NCBI RefSeq assembly: GCF_001194135.2
Contig: NC_068983.1
Coordinates: 42,769,336 to 42,833,335 of the forward strand
DNA: 64,000 nt
Direction: 5' to 3'
DNA from: Octopus bimaculoides
Lineage: Eukaryota
Shown: positions 51,150-62,962 of the stretch, in pieces
Layout of the letters: each line of letters opens with the position of its first letter
How positions within the stretch are numbered: the first letter of the stretch is position 1
Position numbers and translations under genes: made by a program
Notes under the pieces: generated by a model
Databases searched by the model: none
What the model saw: only the letters and a program-made list of their open reading frames with translations
What the model was told of the DNA's origin: nothing

Positions 51150-51650
51150 TCATCATCATCGTCGTTTAACGTCTGTTTTCCATGCTGGCATGGGATGGAC
51201 GGTCTGACTGAAGTCTAGAAAGCCAGCAGCTGCACCAGGCTCCAATATGATCTGGCAATGTTTCTACAGCTGGATGCCCTTTTTAATGCCAACCACTCCA
51301 AGAGTGTAGTAGGTGCTTTTTATGTGTCACCAGCACAGGAGCTAGTCAGGTGGGCCAGGCATCAACCACGGTTGGATAGTGCTTTTTATGTGTCACTGGC
51401 ATGGGAGCTAGTCAGGCAACCCTGGTATCAATCAAGTTCGGATAGTGCTTTTTACATGCAACCGACATGGGAGCCATTCAGGTGGCCTGGCATCAATCAC
51501 ATTTGGATAGTGCTTTTAACGTGCCATTTGCATGGGAGCCAGTCAGAAAGCATTGGCCACAACCACATTTGGATGGTGCTTTTTATGTATCACTGGCACA
51601 GGAGCCAGTCAGGTGGCACTGGCATCAACCACATTCGAATGGTCAATTTC
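51150..51650 (-). mobile_element. Family A copy with five ~66-bp internal tandem units
   Basis: gtgctttt unit starts at 51313, 51379, 51445, 51510, 51576. Confidence 0.88.
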
Positions 51651-51844
51651 AAATTATGACACAAGGTCAGCATTTTGGAGGAAAAGAGTGACTATGTCAC
51701 ACAAAAGATGAAAGGCAAAGTCAACCTTAGTGGAATTTGAAGTCTGAATGTGGAAAATATGACAAAGTGTCACTAAGCATTTCGTCCAACAAGTTAAGGA
51801 TTTTGACAGCTCCCACCGTAGTAATGCTTCACATTTTTATTTTC

Positions 51845-52215
51845 TTTTATTCTTTTACTAGTTTCAGTCATTTGACTGTGGCCATGCTGGAGCACCGCCT
51901 TTAGTCGAACAAATCAACCCCAACACTTATTCTCTGTAAGCCTAGTACTTATTCTATTGGTCTCTTTTTGCCAAACTGCTAAGTTACGGGGACGTAAACA
52001 CACCAACATCAGTTGTCAAGTAATGGTAGGGGGAAGGACAAACAGACACACAAGCATATCCACACACACACACATATATGATAGGCTTCTTTAAAAGCAC
52101 TCACAAGGCTTTGGTCAGCCCGAGGCTATAGTAGAAGACACTTGCCCAAGGTGCCACGCAGTGGGACTGAACCCGGACCATGTGGTTGGGAAGCAAACTT
52201 CTTACCAGACAGCCA
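51845..52215 (-). mobile_element. Family D SINE, near full length
   Basis: Reverse complement of the family; another copy lies at 54005-54345 (-). Confidence 0.88.
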
Positions 52216-52689
52216 CGTCTGGTACAAATTTTGGGGAAACAGGTTAGTTAATTACATAAACTTTGATGTTCAACTGGTCTCATATTACTGACCCTGAAAT
52301 TGGCAAAGGCAAAGTTGGTTTCAGCAGGATTGGAATTTAGAATGTAAAACAAAAATTGTTTATCCAATTTAGGCAGAAAACCAGAAATTTTGAGGGGAGG
52401 GTTTACTTGATGCCATTGACTTCAGTACTTGACTGGGACTGAATTTTATTGAACTGCAGAGATGAAAGGCAAAGTTGACCTTGAGATATAATAAAAATTC
52501 TAATTTTGGTACATGAACAGTAATTATGAGGGGAGGGGGTAAGTCGCTTACATGTCCCCACCTCCAGTACTTGAGTGGTACTTTATTTTATCAATCACAT
52601 AAAGATGAAAGGGAAAGTTGGTCTCAGAGGGCAAAGAGCAGGAAGAAATGCTGCTTATTATTCTACCAGCTCACTACCTTAATAATAAT

Positions 52690-53207
52690 GATTTCATTTA
52701 TTTGCCACAAGGGCAAAGGACGAGGGGACATAAAGTGTGGGGGGTTTACATATAATAATGAAATGAATAAATGACAAAAAGTATACGTGGTATACACTGA
52801 AAAAGAAAGGACATGTGCATAGCATACAAAGGTAAAATAAAAAAGGCAGGGAGGACAATAGAGATGTGGCTCACTTGATACAGGAAGGTCTCTCCAGATA
52901 ATCAAAGAACCCCAGACAGATTTCCCTGAAATCCTAGGAGCAAGTGCCCTCTCCAATTCCTTCTCTCCGACTCACAGGTCTATACTTAGAGAGGTACCAT
53001 CCACTCTTGCCATTTGCGCAACTTTCACCCACCTTCCAGTAAGCAGACTCGAGGACAGCCCTTCCTTCTCCCATCTCAGTTTCCTTTTCAGGTGAAACTT
53101 GGAAAGTCAATGAGAGCTCTACCAAAGAGGGATGTATCTGTCCTCTTGCCTTTCAGCCTTGTCCACCAAACAACCTATTTTGCCACAGCCACAAAGCAAA
53201 GGAAAAT
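52690..53207 (-). pseudogene. Probable Tx1/L1-like LINE 3' end (ORF2 C-terminus, 3' UTR, tail)
   Basis: IFLCFVAVAK*VVWWTRLKG...ALIDF/KFHLKRKLRWEKEGLSS...RWVKVAQMARVDGTSLSIDL*, then a UTR ending cccttgtggcaaataaatgaaat(cattattatt). The clade call is from memory of such C-termini. Confidence 0.55.
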
Positions 53208-53216
53208 TCTACCATA

Positions 53217-53601
53217 GGTTGTCAATACTACGTCGCTTACGACGTCGAGGGTTCCAGTTGATCCGATCAACGGAACAGCCTGCTCGTGAAATTAACGTGC
53301 AAGTGGCTGAGCACTCCACAGACACGTGTACCCTTAACGTAGTTCTCGGGGATATTCAGCGTGACACAGTGTGATAAGGCTGGCCCTTTGAAATACAGGT
53401 ACAACAGAAACAGGAAGACAGAGTGAGAGAAAGTTGTGGTGAAAGAGTACAGCAGGGTTCGCCTCCATCCCCTGCCGGAGCCTCATGGAGCTTTAGGTGT
53501 TTTCGCTCAATAAACACACACAACGCCCGGTCTGGGAATCGAAACCGCGATCCTATGACCGCGAGTCCGCTGCCCTAACCACTGGGCCATTGCGCCTCCA
53601 C
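53217..53601 (-). mobile_element. Family F tRNA-derived SINE, full length, young, with 9-bp TSD
   Basis: Head gtggaggcgcaatggcccagtggttagggcagcggactcgcggtcataggatcgcggtttcgattcccagaccgggcg (A and B boxes); TSD tctaccata at 53208-16 and 53602-10. Confidence 0.92.
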
Positions 53602-54416
53602 TCTACCATAAGAAAAAAGACTGAAACTTTAAGGGAAGGAGTTAGTTCATTACACTGACCCCTCCACCTCCAACCAGTGCTCAACTGGTACTTTATTTCG
53701 TTGACCCTGAAAGGATGAAAGGCAAAGTCAACCTCAGTGGAATTTGAGCTCAAAACACAAAAACCAGTGAAATGCTGCCAAGCATTTCATCCACTATGCT
53801 AACGACTACCAGTTTCACAACTTTTAAACACCAGCAACATAATCATAATAACAATACTTTCAAATTTTGGCACAAGGCCAGTAATTTGGCGGGAGCAGGG
53901 TAAGACAGAAAGCAAAGTTAACCTCAGTGGAATGGACTAAACACCACTAAGCATTTTGGTTGATGTGCTAATCATACCAACTCATTCAAACAAAAGCAAC
54001 AATAATCTTTTACTTGTTTCAGGCATTAGACTGTGGCCATGCTCGGGCACCGCCTTGAAGAATTTTTAGTTGAATGTATCAACCCCAGTACTTATTTTCT
54101 TGAAGCCTGGTACTTGTTCTATCAGTGTCTTTTGCCAAATAGCAAAGTTACGGGGATGTAAACACACCAACACTAGTTGCCAAGCAGTGGTGGGGGACAA
54201 AGGCACATATATACGACAGGCTTCTCAAGGTTTTGGTCGACCCAAGGCTATAGTAGCAGATACTTGCCCAAGGTGTCATGCAGTGAGATTGAACCTTAGA
54301 TCATGTGGTTGGGAAATAAGCTTTGTACCACAAAACCACGCCTGCGCCTATAATAATAATGATAATAATCCTTTCAACTCTAGGTACAAGGCCTGAAATT
54401 TGGGGGNNNNNNNNNN

Positions 54417-54578
54417 TCAGTCGCTTAGATCGACCTCAGTATGCAACTGGTACTTAATTTATCGACCCAGAAAGGATGAAAGGCAAAATCGACCTCGGCG
54501 GAATTTGACCTCAGAACATAAAGACAGACGAAATATCGCTAAGCATTTCACTCAGCGTGCTAAAGATTCTGCCAGCTT
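54417..54578 (-). mobile_element. Family E SINE
   Basis: Reverse complement of the 37580 copy. Decayed E copies also at ~18330, 22860, 28680, 29250, 31460, 33400, 35190, 36080, 44690, 49190, 51690, 52400, 53625, 57895, 58190. Confidence 0.85.
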
Positions 54579-55474
54579 TATTTAATAATAACAAATTTTT
54601 ACTATAAAAGTGACTAATAATCGTGTATTACTCCAGTTACGACGCATGCAACGTAACATAAATCACAATATGGTATATTTATAAAATTATTGTTTGTTTA
54701 CTATTACAGATGTAAGGTTTCGGATTTAAACTGGAGTAAAAAAAAATGAGATTGTGTCCCATTCATGTTTTCTCTATGATATACGTTCATGAAATTAGTG
54801 AGACTGGAAACTGGATCTCAGAATCCATTCACAATTACGTTGTATTTATGTTTTGTATGTAGGTGTGTATGAATGTGTGGAGGGTATATACGTGTTAGGT
54901 ACATATGTGCCCGTGTATTGATGCGTATGTTTGTGTGTACATATGTAGTTATACAGATTCGTACACATCTACAGTATGTGGTGCGCGCGTGTGTCGTGAC
55001 CGCAAGTGTCAAACATTAACACAGATGTCACACACGCACCACTTTCTTTTTCCCTCTCTCTCGCTCCCCCCCACACACACACACGCTTTCTCTCTCTCTC
55101 TCCCACACACACTTTCTCTCTTAAAACTAGTAATGCGTTGTCACAAAACAAACGCAAATGAAACGGCCTATACGTGGTCACTTCATCTGCTAGAAACGAT
55201 AGTCACATCCCCTTAAGTCTTAAATTAAGGACACGCTGGGTAATATAGTCTTTGATGTACAAGAAGGGGTGGTCACGATCGGAGAAGAACGAGGGGGGGG
55301 GGCTAAAGAACATCAATGTAAAAAACTTCCTTAACATTTAAAATTCCTACGATGTCCACACAGACAAAAGACAAAACAGACCAGGAGGAAAACTATACAG
55401 GGACTACTATATACCCCAACTTAAGACAAAATGACATAAATAATATGAACATTATAACGAAGGATCTTCTAGAA

Positions 55475-55754
55475 CAGGGGTTTTCAAACTGTGGTCCGCA
55501 AGGACAAGACAGGGGGTCCGTAGACAGCAAATACTTTTTATGGGCAATTTGATTTTATGTATGTTTTTTAACCGAAATCTTTTAATTGACAATAAACCTA
55601 TTTGTTAAATAGTGTTAAATAAATAAATGTAAAAATATATGTTATTTTAAGCAAATATTTATGTATAAATTTCATAAGCGTTTATAAGGGGGGTCCCTAA
55701 GGTAAAGCCTGAAATATAAAGGGGTCCGCAAGTCAAAAAGTTTGAAAACCCCTG
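55475..55754. mobile_element. hAT (Charlie-like) MITE, intact
   Basis: Perfect 15-bp TIR CAGGGGTTTTCAAAC / GTTTGAAAACCCCTG; TSD ttctagaa / ttctagag (NTCTAGAN target). Confidence 0.92.
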
Positions 55755-56294
55755 TTCTAGAGGGTCACTCGATATGCTAGAAATAGCGAAATAGCAGTCG
55801 AACCGCACCCTCTCGCGAAAAGTTGTGGGCCTTGCGCCAACAACATTCGAAACCATTATTAATATTAGTAAGTTCTTCTCTACACGTCTTAGTGTAACCT
55901 CATATCATATCGTATTTAGCGTCCTCGATCTATTTGTACACCCTGAAAGAAACCACCCTCCTTTCCCCTTTCTTTAGCCTCATTTTTTTTTATGTAAACC
56001 CGAAGCTGTCCTCGTAACGCGGCCCCTCTCCTGATATCCAAGTGGCAAATAAAAGCAATCATCATTATTATCATTTGCTGGTTTGGAAGTCCTATATAGT
56101 TGTGTGATGTAAACACAAAGACAGAAGAGATAAAAGTATTATTATAAATAGTAGCGCGAGCAGAGATGTTATATTTTTTTTTTAAATCACCACAACGTGT
56201 TTTATCACACTGCAACACGGCTGTGTGTGTGTGTGTGTATCCTGCAATCTCAACACTTGTGGGTTCGACACATCTTTGACACCGATTCTTTCTT

Positions 56295-56331
<37 letters not shown>

Positions 56332-56765
56332 TTTATATACATAGCTAAACAGACATATATGGATATGAACAGATAACACGCATACTAATCCCACGAATAC
56401 ATGCGTGTGTGTGTGTAATATGCATAGAAGATCGAAGTTCAACTGAGTACTCAATACACGTGTTGGATAGAGTGGATGTTTAATCGTGAGTAAAAAGGAC
56501 TCAAGGAGACCTCGTTTCATATCAACAGGTCCAGGAATAACGATAGGGCTTGTATATATAAGAGAGCATTTATTACGTTGGACCTACAGATGTGCGAGTG
56601 TGCTTAAATAAGGTTTTTTTACTTTAAAAGCGAGTTAAAAAACAGAATATTATTACACTGATGGAGTGATTACACACTGAATGAGTAAAGTTGTGAAGAT
56701 CAGAGTTGACTGGGACTTCGCTGCGTGTGTGTGTACGTGTACATACACATTAACTCCCATTCTCG

Positions 56766-56797
<32 letters not shown>

Positions 56798-59514
56798 TGA
56801 TTACGTAAGTACACATATACACGCATAACTAGACATATAAGGAGATGGACACAACACATACACATGATGATTAATGAACACACACTACACCATATACAAA
56901 GTACTACCGTCTTCCATATTTCGTTTATAAACTAATACTTGGAAATATAAAGTGTGTGTAATATATACATTTATATATACATAATGTTCTGTCCCAATGT
57001 GCGTGCACACACATTTTCATGTCGAGTTATTAAACTATCAGTTCAACATTAAACTCTATAGTTTTGGGGGGTTTTGGTAGAGTATAGCTTTAGATGAAGA
57101 GGCGAGGGAGGAGGTGTTGACAGTGGCTTCGAAGTTTCGGCCTGTTAGCCTTGAGAAAAAGAAATATTTTCCCGAAGTACTGAGGTCTTCCATTAATTTG
57201 TGAATGCCCTTGTCCCAGCCAACAAACATATCTCATACATATATAAAAAGAGATCACTCAAATCCTCTAGTACACACAACATATCTAACACGACGTGTGG
57301 GTATGTGTGTGTGAATGTATACACGCATTTATACACACACAGATGTATTACAGTAGCTTATAACTTCTTTATAGAATACCATACAATAAATAAACTACGA
57401 GTAAATAGTATGTATCTGGATTATATAAGACCACCAACATTTATTATAGGATACATACGTGTGCGCACACAAATAGATTGATAGAGAGAGAGGAGAGAGA
57501 GAGAGATAAGAAAGAGAGAGATGAGAAAGAGAGATGATAGAGAGAGAGATGATACGCACACACACATATATATATATATATAAACACCATTAGCTGTTAT
57601 TTGTTCGACCTTTCCTGTATAAATTAACTGTATTTAAAAGTACCAACATACATACACATGTTTGTATTAACACGTAACACGCACACACAACGTCGATAGA
57701 TGTTTATCTGTTACAAGGGCAACCCAAATACCAACTAAAATATTTCGGCAAAAAACAGACACGAGGTCCCGGACGTACTTCTGAATGTTTCAGCCACATA
57801 TGTACATACACAGACACACAATGAATGGATTCGGTACAATAACTACGATATATAATATGATGAACAATCAGTACATAATTTTTCTTATTAAGGCATAAGT
57901 TTGAAAGGAATTAGTCGCCAATAGTATCAATCTCAGTACTTGACAGATCCTTTATTTAATCGATGTTGAAAAGATGAAAGGCAAAAGTTGACCTCGGCGG
58001 AATTTGAACCCAACGCGAAGAGCAGGAAGAAATACCGGAAAAATAATGAGAATTTCTTTTACTTGCCACAGAGGTACCAGATAAGAGGGACATTCAAGGA
58101 CAACTTACAATTATTTTGTGTGGGCAATTTATATAAAAATATGAGAGAAAAAAAGGAAGCAGAGAATAACTTCAAAATTTCGCACACGGCTAACAGTTTT
58201 GAATGGAGGTTGGGGAAAGCCGATTATATCAACCCTGGCACTTATATTTATTGACCCTGAACAGATGAAAGTCGACCTCAGCAGAATTTGAGCTCAGAAC
58301 ACGAAGAGAACGAAATGTTGCTAATCATATTGTCAGGTGTGCACACGATTCTGACAGCACGCCGCCCTTAACGAGAAGGGAATAATAATTATTCATAATA
58401 ATATCTTTTATTTGCCACAGGGGTATCTGATAAAGAGGGTACGAGACCTTAAATTTGGAGTCTACAGAATTGACTATGTAGAGTCAATACTTAACAGCAT
58501 TTTTTTTTATCGATTTTCAACAAATCCCTCCCCCTCACCAGCCACCCAGTGTTTTGACCCGGTTGGATGATGGTGCTAAGTCGTCCACGGCGGGGTTAGC
58601 AATAACATGTAAACGTAAACATTGCACATCTGGAATTTGTCCGACGCTCTACCGCTTTTTCAAATCGACACCTGTCCCCGCCTTCCTCAACCTGGCCCGT
58701 CATCATAAGCTATCAGTTAATTTTGGCTTCTGTTCTTTATCAATCGCATTTTATCTATTTTCTAACTTTTCTATTTTTTTCAAATCTTAACTCTTTACCT
58801 GTGCAACATGTAATATAAAGGAAATATTTCCCATGCATCATATATGATACACTTTCTCAATTTTTTTTTTCAACCACCAGATTAACTTGGGACTTAATGA
58901 AAGGAAAGGTTTATGTCACTTAGAACGCATAACACAGGTGCTAAAAGTCTGAAAACAAAGATGAACATTTTAGAGAAACTTATGAAAATGCTTTGTAAAA
59001 AGCAAGGTGTTTAATGGCTTGGAGTGATAGAAAACGCTAAAATATAGAACGAAAATGCCTTCCCGTATGCTGTATGTTCAAATCCCTCCAAGGTTAACTT
59101 TATCTTTCGTCCTTTCGGGGGTACTGGGGTCAACGGCATCGACGTATGCCTCATCTCAAAATTATTGGTTCTGTGCCTATAAATACCACGAAACATAACT
59201 ACAGGGTAGCGAATCGTGAGAGCATGGGACCGAAAACCGTGGAGGGGTATTTCTTCTAGTGTTTACGTTCGGATTTCAAATACTGCCGAGGACAACTATG
59301 CTTTTTTATACTTTTTGGGTCGATGAAATAAAGCAGGAGTTAAATATTGAGGTCGGTGGTAACCACTAACCGATTCTTGAAACAAAATCTGGCCTTCGTT
59401 AGAAAAACAACTGTTACAATCACCAACTACAAGAAAGATGATTTGCCCTACAAACAATCGAAATGCAAACCATGTAAATACACAAGCGGGAAAAAAGAAT
59501 TTGGAATATATATA

Positions 59515-59555
<41 letters not shown>

Positions 59556-60673
59556 TACATACAGTCAAAATTGGCCCGTGAACGGTACCCGCTAAACAAC
59601 CTGTTCAACTTAAATGCATAACCTTACAAGTAACCCTCTAACATAAGAGAACAAGGTTCTGAGTGTGAAGTACAAAGATGAGAAAGAGAGAAGGTTGTAG
59701 TTATGCTCATTATATAATGAATATATATATATATATATATATATATACACGTGTGTGCATACATGTGTATACATAAATATATCTCCATATACACCTATAT
59801 AACTTTACATACATATACACGTTTATTGTCCCCTCACCTGTCTTTTTTTTTTTGTTCAATTTTGAACCATAAATGTATGTTAAAGAATTTTCTGTCATGT
59901 ATATATATAAATATATATATATACACACATACACGTATAAATACATTGATATATAAATACACGTACCTGTATAAATAAATTATACATATACACGCATATA
60001 TATATACACACACACACCCATATATACATACACATACACACACATGCTATACACGCAGGCAGTCATACATATGAATGTAGAAAATAAAAAAAATTTCTCC
60101 GTGTACTTTTATGTTCAACTCTATTAATTACCCCACATTTGTTGTTCAGTAAAGTTAGGAACATTTTTACGCATATTTCGACATAAATATTTCATAATTC
60201 ACACAAGCAAAAGTTACCATGTGTTTTCATGTTTCAATAATGATTTCCGTTTGAAATTTAGTTTAGCAAGATTTATGTATTAAATAACATTAAAAAACAT
60301 CATAACGTATAAATTAATGATAAATGTCCCAGCTGAGGCATTTAAAATATGCGAATGAATTAAAAAGTTTCCTTCGTGAAACGAGGTTTTGTTTTGTTAG
60401 GATTTTAATTAGTAAGTATAGTTAATCAAAACTACATGCCTTGTTTTTCAGGCTTCTTTGTTTTTTGGGGGTTTTTTCTTATGTCCCACTTTTTTTTTAC
60501 AATTATATGCATGTACAGAAATATATATACACGTGTATAATTAATACATACATATATGCATATATAAAATCCAAATATGATTATATTAGACTTTTACCAA
60601 TATATAAATACATTTATATACACGTTTTGTTACATACATAATACATATACAGACTTTATTATATACACGGTAG

Positions 60674-61045
60674 AGATGGACTATATGTAATCTGAACCTT
60701 TCCCCCCTTTATTTATTAATTTTTTTTACGGAATCCCACGTTTTAGGCTAATGGAGATTCCGATTCTGAAAAAAATTTATTTGAAAAATTTCAATTCCCC
60801 ACCCCCACCAAGCAGGCTATTTACATGCTAGAAATAACAGCCAAATCTCACAAAACTAGTGTTAGGGTTAGGGTTTGAGTTAGGGTTAGGTTTACCCTGT
60901 GGATCTATATAAAAACCGGAGGGGGGGGATCGAAATTTTGAAAAAAATTTTTCAGAATCGGAATCTCCATAGCCTAAAACGTGGGATTCCGTAAAAAAAA
61001 TAATAAAACAAGGGGGGAAAGGTTCAGATTACATATACTCCATCT
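60674..61045. mobile_element. Foldback element with ~120-135-bp TIRs and internal TTAGGG repeats
   Basis: Arms agatgga.tatatgtaatctgaacctttcccccc...tacggaatcccacgttttaggcta.tggagattccgattctgaaaaa and its reverse complement; gttagggttagggtttgagttagggttagg at 60861-60890. Confidence 0.8.
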
Positions 61046-61057
61046 GGACCCACATTT

Positions 61058-61119
<62 letters not shown>

Positions 61120-61186
61120 TCCATACATACTTGTTCGTGTGTGTGCTTTTTTCTAAGCAAAAATTCAGTAAGTGTATTCTTCTTAC

Positions 61187-61291
61187 CCTGTTAGCACGAT
61201 CAGTTTCTGAATGCTTCAGACCAAAATTAAGAACTTTAGAATGTTGTGATACAATGCCAAGAGGCTCAACTTCCACGCCCGGCTCCGACAT
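61187..61291 (-). CDS. Candidate first coding exon of an unidentified gene
   Basis: aaaATG context, 35 codons MSEPGVEVEPLGIVSQHSKVLNFGLKHSETDRANR, strong donor AGG|GTAAGA, in CpG-retaining non-repeat sequence. Confidence 0.45.
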
Positions 61292-61310
61292 TTTCGGAGT
61301 CCGATGTTAA

Positions 61311-61320
61311 GTCACGTGAT
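61311..61320. promoter_or_regulatory. Palindromic E-box (GTCACGTGAT)
   Basis: TCACGTGA palindrome ~20 nt upstream of the candidate ATG; a single short motif. Confidence 0.3.
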
Positions 61321-61539
61321 AATCAGTCCTGTTCGAACAACGAATGTTTTTACTCTCAGATGAGTGAAAGGGAGAGGAAGCGAAATAGAAGGAGTGAGAG
61401 AGAGAGAAGCTATAATGTGAGAGTGGGGGTGAGAAACAGATAGTCGAGATGTGACGAGGTAGGGGCGAGGGAGAATAGAAAGTAATGATTGAAGAATGAG
61501 AGTATGAGATACTGTTAGAAAAGCTATGAGAAAAGACAG

Positions 61540-62035
61540 AGGGAGAATTTAGAGAAAGTAAAGTGTGAGCGTATCAAATACTGATAGAAAGACAGAGGTG
61601 AGTGAAAACTAGAGAGTGAGAGTGTGAGATAAAAGACAGAACGATAGAGAAAATAGTGAGGGGAATAGTGAATGCGATATACTGATAAACAGATACATAG
61701 AGAGGGGGGAAATTAAAAAGTAAAAGTATACGAACGAGAGTGTGGTACACGGATAGAAAGACTGATAAAACAGAGGAGGGAGATTGAGAGAAGTAAAAGA
61801 GTAAAAAGTGTGATACACCGGGAAAAAGGCTAACAAAACAGAGAAGGAGAATGAGAGCAAGGAAAAGAAAGAGTAAAAGCGTGGTAGACAGATAGAAAGA
61901 CTAATAAAACAGTGGATGAGGGAAACGGAAAAGAAAGAGTAAACGTATAGTACACAACTAGAAAGACTAATAAAACAGAGGAGGGTGATAGAAAGAAAGA
62001 AAAACGTGGGTAAAAGTGATAGCACGATAAAGAGA
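61540..62035 (+). repeat. Degenerate purine-rich ~67-70-bp tandem repeat
   Basis: tagaaagact(g/a)ataaaacag(a/t)gga units near 61755, 61893 and 61960, plus weaker copies. Confidence 0.6.
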
Positions 62036-62424
62036 AGGTCCGAAAGCCGGTTACTTCCACCTAGTTTTCAAACTTTTCACCAGGCTGTGCCACGATCTAT
62101 TGCAACTATTGCAATTATCTATTCTTGCTAATCTATCTTAATAAATACGTCAGTCATGGATGCTGAGCGCCTGTGGAAGAAACTATTCCAACTGTACCAA
62201 CAATCTAAAATTTCGTCCCTGCTCATTTCTGCCGCGGTCCACCTCTGTCAACTTCGTCAATCTTATTGGGTTTGACAACCACTCAAAGACGATGAGGCAC
62301 CTCCTTTCCCAGACCAAACTTGACTTGGTTACCTGTCAAGTGACAGGTATTGACCAAGTTACCTGTCATGTGACAGTCAACTTTGGAAGTACACTTTTAC
62401 TATCATTTTTCTTTTTAATATAAT

Positions 62425-62962
62425 TTATCTTTTACTTATTTCAGTCATAAGACTGTGGCCATGCTGGGTCACCGCCTTTGAATTTTTAGTCGAATAAATC
62501 GACTTCAGTATTTCTTTCTTTAAAGACTGGTACCTATTCTATCGGTCCATTTTGCCGAATCGCTAAGTTACGGGTACGCAAACACATCAACAGTCAAGCG
62601 ATGATGGTGGACAAATACACACAACTTGGGCAAGTGTCTTCTACTATAGCCTCGGGCCGACCAAAGGCTTGTGAGTGGATTTGGTAGACGGAAACTGAAA
62701 GAAGCCCGTCGTATATATGTATATATATATATATATATATATGCATGTGTGTGTATATGTTTGTGTGTCTGTGCTTGTCCCTCCAACATCGCTTGACAGC
62801 CGATGCTGGTGTGTCTACGTCCCCGTAATTAGAGGTTCGGCAAAAAGGGACCGATACAATAAGTACTAGGCTTACAAAGAATAAGTCTTGCGTTCGATTT
62901 GCTCGACTAAAGGCGGTGCTCCAGCATGGCCGCAGTCAAATGACTGAAACTAGTAAAAGAAA
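62425..62962. mobile_element. Family D tail (-) abutting a 5'-truncated family D copy (+)
   Basis: Minus tail 62425-62625, plus copy 62626-62962. Confidence 0.82.

Noticed and set aside
51313-51644. Repeat-spacer-like pattern
   Set aside because: The apparent spacers are homologous to each other; it is a diverged tandem repeat inside family A.
53525-53601. tRNA gene
   Set aside because: The tRNA-like sequence continues into a conserved SINE body bounded by a TSD; the same applies to family D heads.
62157-62276. 39-codon plus-strand ORF MDAERLWKKLFQLY... (possible divergent gene)
   Set aside because: Short, with no donor site or homology; cannot be supported without expression data.
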